Source: Candidatus Woesearchaeota archaeon (lineage in GTDB: Archaea; Nanobdellota; Nanobdellia; SCGC-AAA011-G17; GW2011-AR18). From it: a stretch of DNA of 64,000 nt. Position numbers and translations under genes: made by a program. The notes below the pieces were generated by a model. The model made no database searches and had not been told where the DNA came from. It worked only from the letters and a program-made list of their open reading frames with translations. The DNA lies in the NCBI GenBank assembly GCA_964430545.1, contig CAYSFG010000007.1, positions 9,072-73,071 of the forward strand. Reading direction: 5' to 3'. Positions 27,380 to 36,934 of this stretch are shown here, piece by piece (position 1 is the stretch's first letter; every line of letters starts with the position of its first letter).

Positions 27380-28759
27380 ATGGAAATAATTATAGGTTTA
27401 GAAATCCATGTATCATTAAATACAAATACCAAATTATTTTGTTCATGTTCTACTTCAGAAAATGATTCTCCAAATTCTAGAACTTGTGAAATATGTACAG
27501 GTTTTCCAGGTTCTAAACCATTATTAAATAAAAAAGCCTTAGATTATGCATTAAAATTATGTTTAGCTTTAGATTGTAATATTGCTTCTGAATTGATTTT
27601 TTCAAGAAAAGTATATTTTTACCCAGATATGGGAAAGAATTATCAAATAACACAATATGAACTACCATTAGGTTTTAATGGTAAATTAAAATTAAGCAAT
27701 AAAGAAATTAATTTAACAAGAATTCATATTGAAGAAGATCCGGCAGCTTTAATTCATAATAACAACACTGTATTAATTGATTACAACCGTTCTGGCACTC
27801 CCTTATGTGAAATTGTAACAGAACCAGAATTATCGTCTCCAGAAGAAGCTAAAGAGTTTTTAAAACGTTTATTGACAATTTTACAATATTTAAAAATTTT
27901 TAATATAAATAATGGCATTATAAAAGCAGATGCTAATATTTCTATTAAACCTTATGAACGTGTAGAAATTAAAAATATTAATGGTTTTAAAGATATTGAA
28001 TTAGCTTTAAAATATGAAATTAAACGTCAAGAAAAATTAGTTTATGAAGGTAATCCCATTAAAATTAGAGAAACTAGAGGTTGGGATTCTGATAAGGGTA
28101 TTACAATATTTCAGCGTTCTAAAGAAGGAGAAGCAGATTATGGATATATTATAGATCCAGATTTAGTTCCTATTGATATTTCTAAAAGTTTAATAGAAAA
28201 AATTAAAAAAGAATTACCTGAACTTCCACAAGAAAAATCTTTGCGTTATCAAAATGAATATAAGATTAAGAAAGAAGACTCTGAAGTTTTAGCTAACGAT
28301 TTTGAGTTGACTACTTTATTAGAATCAGCTATTAAACAAAAGATTAATCCATTATTTGCTGCAGAATGGATAAGAAGGGAAGTTACCAGAGTATTAAATT
28401 ATAACAAAAAAGAGATTCATGAAACTTTTATATCTAAAAATTTATTAGATGTTTTAAATTTGATTCAAAATAACAAAATTAATAGACAAACTGGCCAGAG
28501 ATTAATGGAATTATTAGTTGATAATAATATTAATATTAAAGAATATGTTAAAGAAAATAACTTAGAATTATCTTCTGATAATAAAAAAATAGAAGAAATT
28601 ATTTTAAAAGTTATTAAAGATAATAAAAGTATAGTTGATGAATATAAAAAAGGTAATGGAAAATCTTTTATGTATTTAGTGGGGCAAGTTATGAAAAGTT
28701 CTAAAGGTAAAGCAGAACCTAGGTTAGTTAATGAATTATTAAAAAAATTAATTAAATAA
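27380..28759 (+). CDS. gatB: Aspartyl/glutamyl-tRNA(Asn/Gln) amidotransferase subunit B
   Basis: N-terminal 'IIGLEIHVSLNTNTKLFCSCST' with 'CEICTGFPGSKPLLN' are GatB signatures. Length is 459 aa, and a C-terminal YqeY-like tail is present. Confidence 0.9.
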   Translation: MEIIIGLEIHVSLNTNTKLFCSCSTSENDSPNSRTCEICTGFPGSKPLLNKKALDYALKLCLALDCNIASELIFSRKVYFYPDMGKNYQITQYELPLGFNGKLKLSNKEINLTRIHIEEDPAALIHNNNTVLIDYNRSGTPLCEIVTEPELSSPEEAKEFLKRLLTILQYLKIFNINNGIIKADANISIKPYERVEIKNINGFKDIELALKYEIKRQEKLVYEGNPIKIRETRGWDSDKGITIFQRSKEGEADYGYIIDPDLVPIDISKSLIEKIKKELPELPQEKSLRYQNEYKIKKEDSEVLANDFELTTLLESAIKQKINPLFAAEWIRREVTRVLNYNKKEIHETFISKNLLDVLNLIQNNKINRQTGQRLMELLVDNNINIKEYVKENNLELSSDNKKIEEIILKVIKDNKSIVDEYKKGNGKSFMYLVGQVMKSSKGKAEPRLVNELLKKLIK

Positions 28760-28785
28760 TAATAATTTTAAACTATTATATAAAA

Positions 28786-29898
28786 TTAAAATATTCCTAT
28801 GATACTATAAATTATTCCAATTATTAGTATTATAAATATTATTATTTTTATTATTTTATTATCGATTATTGCATATTCTGGTTTTCTATCACCTAATTTT
28901 TTTATTTTTGAATGCATTAGTAATATCATTAAAATTATTATCCCGATTGCTATTGCCCCTGATAATTCTAATAATTTTACAAATCCCACCCATCCTGATA
29001 AACTTAATATTATTGGAATAGATATTGTTATTATAAACGCTTTTAAGTTTTTTATTTTATAATCTAATGTTAAATTTTCTTTTAATGCAAATGATAATAC
29101 TACAAATGCTGTTGCCATTGCTAATATTGCAAATATATTGCTAAATAGATTAATATGACTTCCTAATTTTGATAATGATACTGTTGCTACTTGTTCAACA
29201 CTTTCAACTGAAGTTATTACTGAAAATATAAATAATAAATACACTAAAAATGTTACTATCATCCCTATAATAATTACTTTATACATATTTTTTTTATTTT
29301 TTAATTCTTGATTAATTTCTGGTAATGCGCTTATACCTGTAAATGCAAATACAGCTACACCATATGGTATTAATATATTAGAAATATTTAGAGAGGTTAA
29401 ATTATTTAAGTTTATGAATTTTAATAATATTATACTTAAAATTATTGAAATTATTATTTTTAATGGTGTAAATATTGTCTCAAATTTTTTTACTAATTTT
29501 ATCCCTGAATAAGTAATTGGTGTTAGTAATAAAATAAATATTATATTATAATATTGTAAATTTCCACCTAGTATTGCCTTTAATGCTTGTGAGCTTCCAA
29601 CTATATATGCTGTTAATGCACCATATATACTTAGTACATTTGCAATAAACATTATTATTTTTGCTTTTTTTCCTAAATATATTTCTGTTAGCCCTGTTAA
29701 TTGATGTTTTTCTCTTGTTCTCAGTATTATTTCACCTAAGTATAAATGTATTATTGTCATTAAAATTAATACTAAAATTAATGCTAATAATCCTGTGTAA
29801 AATCCGGCTTTATAGAATACATATGGCAATCCTAATATTCCAGCTCCTACTGTTATTCCTACTAACGTACATACAGCTGAAAACATCTCTTTTTGCAT
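28786..29898 (-). CDS. Amino-acid permease-like membrane transporter (about 11 TM helices)
   Basis: 'FSAVCTLVGITVGAGILGLPYVFYKAGF' is typical of aromatic/amino-acid transporter families; the protein is polytopic. Confidence 0.65.
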   Translation of the reverse strand: MQKEMFSAVCTLVGITVGAGILGLPYVFYKAGFYTGLLALILVLILMTIIHLYLGEIILRTREKHQLTGLTEIYLGKKAKIIMFIANVLSIYGALTAYIVGSSQALKAILGGNLQYYNIIFILLLTPITYSGIKLVKKFETIFTPLKIIISIILSIILLKFINLNNLTSLNISNILIPYGVAVFAFTGISALPEINQELKNKKNMYKVIIIGMIVTFLVYLLFIFSVITSVESVEQVATVSLSKLGSHINLFSNIFAILAMATAFVVLSFALKENLTLDYKIKNLKAFIITISIPIILSLSGWVGFVKLLELSGAIAIGIIILMILLMHSKIKKLGDRKPEYAIIDNKIIKIIIFIILIIGIIYSIIGIF

Positions 29899-29986
29899 TA
29901 ATGTTTCTAGATTTATTTTAGTTTATAATACTTTAGGTTGATTAAAAAATATTTAAAGGAGTATAATAAAATTTAATTTTTATATA

Positions 29987-30658
29987 TCATAATTCACTTC
30001 TTTCTATTATTTCTATCTCCTTATCAGATATAGAACATCCTCTTAGTTTTAATCCCCATAATAATGCTTCAACTAATTGATGTTCATCTACATTTTTATT
30101 TATTAAATTTTTAAACAATCCTTTTTCATAAGCAATCATTACTAGTTCAGTACTTCTTATCACAGGTATCTTAATAGTCATATCTAAAAATTTTTTTAAA
30201 TACTCTTTATTTATAATAACTTTATTTTCTAATTTTCTCTCAAGTATATCCTTTAATCTATAAGGATCTTCTATTACTAATCTCATAGTTCTTTCATCTA
30301 CAGAATAAGCGTTTGCATTAATTTTAGAAGCTAATGCTAATGCTTCTATTTCTGCTTTATGTAATACAATTAAATTTTTCCCTTCTACATAATAAATTTT
30401 ATTAGAAACATCCAATAATTCATCAACGTTTATCTCTTTGTAAACTTCTAGATATCCTTCATTTATATAATTATTTATCATTATTGCTTCTAGTTTATAA
30501 AATTTTGAACTTAGTGGATTATCAATTAATTCTTTCTTAACAGATTCTGGTATAACAAATTTACCTTCAAAATAATTTTTTAATTCTTTTAATATCCATA
30601 ATAAATTATTTGTTGCTAAACTTATTATTGAACTAGAATCAAATACTATTATTTTCAT
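29987..30658 (-). CDS. PIN-domain protein
   Basis: 'MKIIVFDSSSIISLA' (first acidic residue), 'SVDERTMRLVIED' and a downstream D are PIN-like acidic residues. Overlaps the upstream gene by 4 nt (ATGA). Confidence 0.55.
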   Translation of the reverse strand: MKIIVFDSSSIISLATNNLLWILKELKNYFEGKFVIPESVKKELIDNPLSSKFYKLEAIMINNYINEGYLEVYKEINVDELLDVSNKIYYVEGKNLIVLHKAEIEALALASKINANAYSVDERTMRLVIEDPYRLKDILERKLENKVIINKEYLKKFLDMTIKIPVIRSTELVMIAYEKGLFKNLINKNVDEHQLVEALLWGLKLRGCSISDKEIEIIERSEL

Positions 30659-31230
30659 TTAAATAACCCTCTGGCTATTTTTAATCTTTTTATTGGGTCT
30701 ACTGTCTGATTCTCTTTTACATTTGATATTCCTGTTTTTCCTATATAATCCATTATTTCAAATTTAGAAACCCCCAATAAATCCGCTGTTCTTCCTATAG
30801 ACAATCCATGTTCACATAATCTAGAAGCTTTATTTATTTTTGCTCTATGAATTACATCCATTACACTTTCTTTTAATTTAATATTTAATTTTGTTAAGGT
30901 ATTGAGATATTCTTTGATTGCTTTATCAAATCCTATAATATCATTTTTTTCTAATTCTGATTTTGCAGTATCAAGTTTATTTGTAGAATCTAAACAAAAT
31001 GTGTTCCATCCTTTTTCTTTTTCGTAACTTGTTTCTCTTTCATATAATTTACTTAATGTATAAATTATCACAGCTAGAGTTATAGAATATTCTTTTTGAT
31101 ATATTGTTGCATCATGTATTGTTTCATTACTCAAATTTTTTAATAATTTAATATCTTGTGAAGCTATTGCTTTTATTGTCTTATTTAAAACCCTTATTAT
31201 ATTTAACCTCTCTTTTTCATCCATTGACAT
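30655..31230 (-). CDS. Hypothetical protein with C-terminal helix-turn-helix; probable partner/antitoxin of the PIN protein
   Basis: C-terminal 'LSIGRTADLLGVSKFEIMDYIGKTGIS' is HTH-like. Translationally coupled to the downstream PIN gene. Confidence 0.45.
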   Translation of the reverse strand: MSMDEKERLNIIRVLNKTIKAIASQDIKLLKNLSNETIHDATIYQKEYSITLAVIIYTLSKLYERETSYEKEKGWNTFCLDSTNKLDTAKSELEKNDIIGFDKAIKEYLNTLTKLNIKLKESVMDVIHRAKINKASRLCEHGLSIGRTADLLGVSKFEIMDYIGKTGISNVKENQTVDPIKRLKIARGLFK

Positions 31231-31271
31231 ATTATTATTTTATATTATTAACTATATAAAAGTTTTTAATA

Positions 31272-31853
31272 TTATTTCTTTCTTCTAGTAAATACACCAT
31301 AATCAAATATATGTTTAACATTTTTTATTTCACTAACTACATCAGCTACTTTTATTATTGCTTTTGGTGCATTTCTACCAGTTATTATTAATAACATATT
31401 TTTAGGTAAATTATTTATTATTGCTATAACATCATTTACTTTTATTAATCCCATATTCATAACTAAATTTAATTCATCCAATATTAATACATCTGGCATT
31501 TCTTTTATTTTTTCTTTTGTAAATTCAAGTCCTTCAATTGCAAGTTTTCTATCTTCATCATCGGGATTTTTTAAATCTACAAATTTTTCTTTCCCAAATT
31601 GATAAACTTCATAATTTTTTAATATATCCTGTAATATATATTCCCCACAATATGTTCTTCCTTTCATAAATTGTATTACAACTACAACCTTACCGTGTCC
31701 TAAGGCCCTTAATCCTAATCCTAATGCTGCTGTTGTTTTTCCTTCTCCATCTCCAGTAAATACATAAACTAATCCTCTATTTCTATGCAATATTTTTTCT
31801 ATTTTTTTATTATCTAAAAATCTTGTCCAGTATTTTGTTCTTTCTAATTTCAT
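31272..31853 (-). CDS. cobO: Cob(I)yrinic acid a,c-diamide (corrinoid) adenosyltransferase, CobA/CobO/BtuR family
   Basis: 'VYVFTGDGEGKTTAALGLGLRALGHGKVVVVIQFMKG' is the hallmark P-loop of this family. Confidence 0.8.
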   Translation of the reverse strand: MKLERTKYWTRFLDNKKIEKILHRNRGLVYVFTGDGEGKTTAALGLGLRALGHGKVVVVIQFMKGRTYCGEYILQDILKNYEVYQFGKEKFVDLKNPDDEDRKLAIEGLEFTKEKIKEMPDVLILDELNLVMNMGLIKVNDVIAIINNLPKNMLLIITGRNAPKAIIKVADVVSEIKNVKHIFDYGVFTRRKK

Positions 31854-32012
31854 TTTTTAATAAATGAATATATTTTACCATGTTTATATAATTTTTCTTT
31901 ATGTTTATAAGATTGGCATATTACTTTTAAATCTGTAAATTTTTAAGTTTTATAATAAACATTTTAAAATAACAACAAAAACAATTATAAAGAATATCAA
32001 CATTCTATAGTA

Positions 32013-35000
32013 ATGCAATTATATTTTTCACACGAAACAATTAGAGAATCTCAGAAAGAGTTAGTAGATGAAATAATTAGTTGTCTAGAAAATAAGAAGA
32101 ATTTAATTGCTCATGCTCCAACCGGAATTGGTAAATGTGTTTCTGGTGATACTCTAATATTAACAAATGAAGGATTAAATAAGATAAAAGACCTTTATTT
32201 AAAACAAGTTAAACTCAACAGTCTAAATAAAATTCTAAAAATTAAAGTAAAAAATGGGATTATAATTAATAAAAAGAAAAGTAAACTATTTAAAATAACA
32301 ACAAAAATTGGAAGAGAAATTAAAGTAACAAAAGATCACAAATTTTTAGTCATAGGTAATGGAGTTTTAGAATGGAAAAAATTAGAATTTTTAAAAAAAG
32401 GAGATTATATTGCCTGCCCTAGAAAACTTAATTTAATAAAAGGTAAAATGGAAATAAAAATAAAAAATTTAGAAAATTTACCAGAAGGGATAAAAAAAGG
32501 CATAACATTTGATATTAAGCGAGGTATTGGTAATATTATTAGAGATCATATTAAAAAAAAAGTGGAGACTATTAGAGGAATAAGCAGAAAAACTGGAATT
32601 AGCAGAGAATATATAAAATCATTATTAAAAAATAAAACAATTGGATATTATAAATATAAAAAAATATCAAACATAATACCTATAAATGAAAATAATATAA
32701 TAAATAAAATAAGCACAAAAAGTAGACAAAGTGAAATAGAAATAGAGTTCAGTAAAGATTTTGCTTATTTTACAGGTTTAATGATTGGAGATGGACATAT
32801 ACCAAATGATGGGAGATATGATTTAGAAATTAGTAATATTGACAAAGAAATATTAGATTTTTATAAAGAGTTCTTTAAAAAAAGAAATAGAAAAATGTAT
32901 AAAAAATCAGGAGATAAATGCGATTATATAACCAGTTATAAAGCTATGGCCTACTTTTTGATAATTTTAGGTATAAACGCAGGTAATAAATCAGGAAAAG
33001 TAAAAATTCATAACATTTTTTTTAAAAATAAAGAGTTATTAAGAGAAGTTTTAAGAGGTATATATGATACAGATGGTAGTGTATATGATACATTTGTAGA
33101 ATTGGTAACAAAAAGTAAAAATATTAAAGAATGTGTTCTCCACGCCTTACTATGTTTTGGTATAATACCAATAATAAAAAAAAAGTATGTTAAAGGTAAA
33201 AAATATTATAGAATCTACACATGTGATGTTATAAACAATAAAAAATTCTATGAAAATATAGGTTTTAGGTTAAGTAGAAAACAATTATTGCTTAAAAAAA
33301 TAATAGATAAAAAATCAAATCCAAATATAGACATTATACCAGATATTAGTGAAATAATAAAAAGATTAGGTAAAAAAATAAAAGTTCCTTATGATAGAAA
33401 AAGTAACGAATATAGAAAATATGAAAGTTATATATATAATCTCAGAAGACCAAGTAAAAATGGATTAAAATCAACATTAAGATATTTAAAAAAATTCGAT
33501 AAAAATAAGATAATAAAAAACGATTTTTTAAAAAATTTAGCAGGTTCAGACATTTTTTGGGATAAAATAAAAGAGATAAGATATTCAGGAAAAGATATAG
33601 TTTATGATGCTACAATTCCTGAAACAGAAAATTTTATAGGTAATGGAATAATATTACATAATACTTCAGCAGCCATTTCTCCAACTTTATCTTTTGCTTT
33701 AAATTCTAAAAAAACAGTTATTTTTATAACACCTAAACACACTCAACATAAAATAGCTATTGAAACTTTAAAACAAATAAAAGAAAAACATAATTTGAAT
33801 TTTATTGTTGTAGATTTAGTAGGTAAAAAGCACATGTGTGCACAACCAGGTGTTTCAGAGATGCACCAGAATGAATTCTCTGATTATTGTAAACACATGG
33901 TGGAAAATAAGATGTGCGATTATTACAATAATCTAAAAGACAATCATAAATTAAGTTTACAAACAGAACTAACTATAAAAGAATTATCTAATTCTATACT
34001 TCATATAGAAGAGTTAAAAGATATTTCATCTAAAGCTAAGTTATGCCCTTTTGAAGTTGCTATGTTATTATCAGAAAAAGCTAAAGTAATAATTGCAGAT
34101 TATCATCATTTGTTAAATGTGTCTATTAGAGAAACTATTCTAAAAAAGATAAATAAAGATATTTCAGATTTAATTATTATTTTTGATGAAGCTCATAACA
34201 TTCCTTCAAAATGTAGGGATTTATTAAGTGTTCAGCTTTCTATTCCATTAGTGGAATTTGCTGCAAAAGAAGCTGCATCAATGAAATATAATGAAATATC
34301 AGAAGATATTATGGTAATAAAAGAGATTTTAGAAAAATTATCAAGAACTAAAACAACTTTACAAGATAAGGAAGCTTTGATAAAAAAAGAAGAATTTATG
34401 AAAGAGCTTACAACTAGATTTAATTATGATGAGTTTCTTAATAATTTATTATTTATTGCTGAAGAAACAGCAGAAATTAAAAAAAGAAGCGCTTGTAAAG
34501 CTATTGCTTCATTTTTGATAAACTGGCAAGGTCCAGATCAAGCTTTTGCTAGAATATTATCTAAAGGTTTTTCTAATAAGGGAAAACCAGTTATCACTTT
34601 AAGTTATCAGTGTCTAGATCCTTCTTTAATAATTAAACCTTTAGTTGAAAATTCTTATTCTTCTATTTTCATGTCAGGTACTTTAAATCCTGTTGATATG
34701 TATAAAGATTTATTTAATATAGAAACAAAAACTATTGAATTAAAAAATCCTTTCCCAAAAAAAAATAAATTGAGTATTGTTATTCCAGATACTACAACTA
34801 AGTTTACTGCAAGGTCTGACGAGATGTTTGAAAGAATAGCAAAATATTGTGCAGATATTTGTAATATCATTCCAGGGAACATTATCATTTTCTTTCCCAG
34901 TTATGATATTAGGGATAAAATAAATAATTATTTTATTAAAATTTGTGATAAAACTATTTTAATAGATAGTCCAGAATTAAACAAAGAAGAAAAAATAGAA

Positions 35001-35402
35001 CTTATTGAAAAATTAAAACAATACAAAACCTATGGTGCAGTTTTATTATCAGCAGCTTCTGGTTCTTTAGGTGAAGGATTAGATTTCCCGGATAATATTT
35101 TGAAATCTGTTATTGTGGTGGGTATTCCTTTAGATAGGCCTAATTTAGAAACTAAAGAATTAATTAATTATTATGATATAAAATTTAAAAAGGGATGGGA
35201 TTATGGTTATATTATGCCTGCTCTTATAAGATCTTTACAAAATGCTGGACGTTGTATAAGATCTGAAAGAGATAAAGGTGTTATTATATATTTAGACCAG
35301 CGTTATATATGGGAAAATTATTTTAAGTGTTTTCCTAAGGATTTATTTTTAAAAATAACTAAAGAACCTATACCAAAAATTAAAGAATTTTTTGAAATTT
35401 GA
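32013..35402 (+). CDS. xpd: XPD/Rad3 (DinG-family) superfamily-2 helicase containing an intein in the Walker A motif
   Basis: Extein N-terminus '...LIAHAPTGIGK' continues after the intein as 'TSAAISPTLSF...' to reconstitute APTGxGKT. Downstream helicase motifs: 'DEAHNI' (DEAH box), 'GVLLSAASGSLGEGLDF' and 'QNAGRCIRSERDKGVIIYLDQRY'. Confidence 0.85.
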   Translation: MQLYFSHETIRESQKELVDEIISCLENKKNLIAHAPTGIGKCVSGDTLILTNEGLNKIKDLYLKQVKLNSLNKILKIKVKNGIIINKKKSKLFKITTKIGREIKVTKDHKFLVIGNGVLEWKKLEFLKKGDYIACPRKLNLIKGKMEIKIKNLENLPEGIKKGITFDIKRGIGNIIRDHIKKKVETIRGISRKTGISREYIKSLLKNKTIGYYKYKKISNIIPINENNIINKISTKSRQSEIEIEFSKDFAYFTGLMIGDGHIPNDGRYDLEISNIDKEILDFYKEFFKKRNRKMYKKSGDKCDYITSYKAMAYFLIILGINAGNKSGKVKIHNIFFKNKELLREVLRGIYDTDGSVYDTFVELVTKSKNIKECVLHALLCFGIIPIIKKKYVKGKKYYRIYTCDVINNKKFYENIGFRLSRKQLLLKKIIDKKSNPNIDIIPDISEIIKRLGKKIKVPYDRKSNEYRKYESYIYNLRRPSKNGLKSTLRYLKKFDKNKIIKNDFLKNLAGSDIFWDKIKEIRYSGKDIVYDATIPETENFIGNGIILHNTSAAISPTLSFALNSKKTVIFITPKHTQHKIAIETLKQIKEKHNLNFIVVDLVGKKHMCAQPGVSEMHQNEFSDYCKHMVENKMCDYYNNLKDNHKLSLQTELTIKELSNSILHIEELKDISSKAKLCPFEVAMLLSEKAKVIIADYHHLLNVSIRETILKKINKDISDLIIIFDEAHNIPSKCRDLLSVQLSIPLVEFAAKEAASMKYNEISEDIMVIKEILEKLSRTKTTLQDKEALIKKEEFMKELTTRFNYDEFLNNLLFIAEETAEIKKRSACKAIASFLINWQGPDQAFARILSKGFSNKGKPVITLSYQCLDPSLIIKPLVENSYSSIFMSGTLNPVDMYKDLFNIETKTIELKNPFPKKNKLSIVIPDTTTKFTARSDEMFERIAKYCADICNIIPGNIIIFFPSYDIRDKINNYFIKICDKTILIDSPELNKEEKIELIEKLKQYKTYGAVLLSAASGSLGEGLDFPDNILKSVIVVGIPLDRPNLETKELINYYDIKFKKGWDYGYIMPALIRSLQNAGRCIRSERDKGVIIYLDQRYIWENYFKCFPKDLFLKITKEPIPKIKEFFEI
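32136..33662 (+). mobile_element. Intein (about 509 aa) with LAGLIDADG homing-endonuclease domain, inserted in the XPD P-loop
   Basis: Begins with Cys ('CVSGDTLILTNEG', Hint block A) and ends '...GIILHN' followed by the +1 Thr. Internal 'FAYFTGLMIGDGHI' and 'LRGIYDTDGSV' are the two LAGLIDADG motifs. Confidence 0.8.
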
Positions 35403-35547
35403 AGAAATAATAAAAAAGAAGTTAACATTTTACTAATTATATCAAACAGTATGTTTTTTATTTTCACTAACAACATTTATTAATACAATTACTTTATAAA
35501 AATATAACATCAAAAATAAATTATTTTACAAAACACTTTTAAATTGT

Positions 35548-35994
35548 TTGTTATTGCTATTTAAAATGATAAATATAATTGAAGAGTTTAGAGAATTGGT
35601 AAAAATTTATGGGATAGATAAAGAAAGAGTAATCAAAGATGTATTTTATTTTACAAATCCTCAAAAAGAAGATAAATTTATTGAAAGAGAAAATAAAAAA
35701 TATTTAATTTTAAAAGCTGTTATATCTAATAATTTTGGAGTATTATTATCTTATATGGTCAAAATTGATAAAGACAATGAATATAGAATTCAATATGGAA
35801 TTTCTGTTGTTTCTCCTGAAGATTTAAATAAAACACAAAATAGCACATTTCGTAGCATTATAGAAGATTCTTTAGAAAGAAAAACTAAAGCATTTGAATT
35901 TGAAAAGGAAAGATCTAAAAAAGCAGATTTATTATATGAAAAAATATTAAAGGAAAGTTTAACTTTCAACACACCATTTTACTCAAATTTTTAA
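35548..35994 (+). CDS. Hypothetical protein
   Basis: 148-aa ORF; no motif recognised. Confidence 0.35.
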   Translation: MLLLFKMINIIEEFRELVKIYGIDKERVIKDVFYFTNPQKEDKFIERENKKYLILKAVISNNFGVLLSYMVKIDKDNEYRIQYGISVVSPEDLNKTQNSTFRSIIEDSLERKTKAFEFEKERSKKADLLYEKILKESLTFNTPFYSNF

Positions 35995-36055
35995 GGTTTC
36001 TTTTAATCAAATTTAATAATAATCTTTTTAAACCCATCAAAGTTCTATTTTTTTA

Positions 36056-36934
36056 ATGTTAAAAGATAATATGTTAAATTTTTTTGCAAAGAACTATAAG
36101 TTATTGATGATTATACCTATAATTATAACAATAATCTCATTAATACTTATAAGCAGTTTATATTTTAAAACTGGAGATTTTTTTTATAAAGATGTATCTA
36201 TATCAGGTGGTGTCTCAGCTACAATTTACACAGACAAAGCTTTAACAGTAGATGAGATTAGTAATATTCTTCCTAATTCTGACGTAAGAACATTAACAGA
36301 ATTTGGTTCTAGTAAAAGTATAGGTTTTATTATAGACACACCATCTATTACAAAAGAGGAATTAACAAACATTTTTAAAAATAGTTTTAATATAGATATT
36401 AATGAAAAAAATTCTTCTATTCAAGAAACAACTGCAAGATTTGGAGGTCCTTTTTTTAAACAATTAACATTAGCTTTATTATTAGCTTTTATTTTTATGG
36501 CTATTACTGTTTTCATAACATTTAGATCAATAGCCCCTAGTTTAGCAATTATTAATGCTGCAGCTATGGATATTATAATTACTTTAGCTGTTGTTAATAT
36601 TATTGGATTAAAAATTTCTTCTGCTGGCATTATTGCTTTTCTATTAATTATAGGTTATAGTATTGATACTGATATTTTATTAACAACATGGTCTATTAGA
36701 AAAAAAGGTGAAGGTTTATTATTAGATAGAATGTGGCATTCTTTTGTTACTGGTTTAACTATGACTGTTTGTGCTCTTGCTGTAATGTTAATTGGTTTAT
36801 TAATTAGTAATTCAAATGTTATTATTGAAATGTTTACTATAGTATTTATTGCTTTAATTGTAGATATTATTAGTACTTATTTAACTAATGCAGGTATTTT
36901 ATACATTTGGTGTAAGAAAAAAGGTATAACATGA
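36056..36934 (+). CDS. secF: Protein-export membrane protein SecF
   Basis: N-terminal TM, periplasmic domain, then 'FGGPFFKQLTLALLLAFIFMAITVFITFRS' and C-terminal multi-TM bundle. Overlaps SecD by 4 nt. Confidence 0.8.
   Translation: MLKDNMLNFFAKNYKLLMIIPIIITIISLILISSLYFKTGDFFYKDVSISGGVSATIYTDKALTVDEISNILPNSDVRTLTEFGSSKSIGFIIDTPSITKEELTNIFKNSFNIDINEKNSSIQETTARFGGPFFKQLTLALLLAFIFMAITVFITFRSIAPSLAIINAAAMDIIITLAVVNIIGLKISSAGIIAFLLIIGYSIDTDILLTTWSIRKKGEGLLLDRMWHSFVTGLTMTVCALAVMLIGLLISNSNVIIEMFTIVFIALIVDIISTYLTNAGILYIWCKKKGIT

Noticed and set aside
29661-29921. Plus ORF 29661..29921, together with 34655..34888, 35790..35972, 36421..36630, 37456..37686, 37794..38042, 42680..42940, 45066..45317, 49326..49601, 50176..50376, 51791..52123, 55508..55714, 56957..57142, 58431..58790, 61867..62286, 62341..62595, 63098..63301, 18697..18903, 12187..12369, 40735..40935, 3647..3847 and 7335..7544
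   Set aside because: Each is fully nested antisense within a better-supported gene, or within the tRNA at 7418..7528 in the case of 7335..7544. They are spurious.
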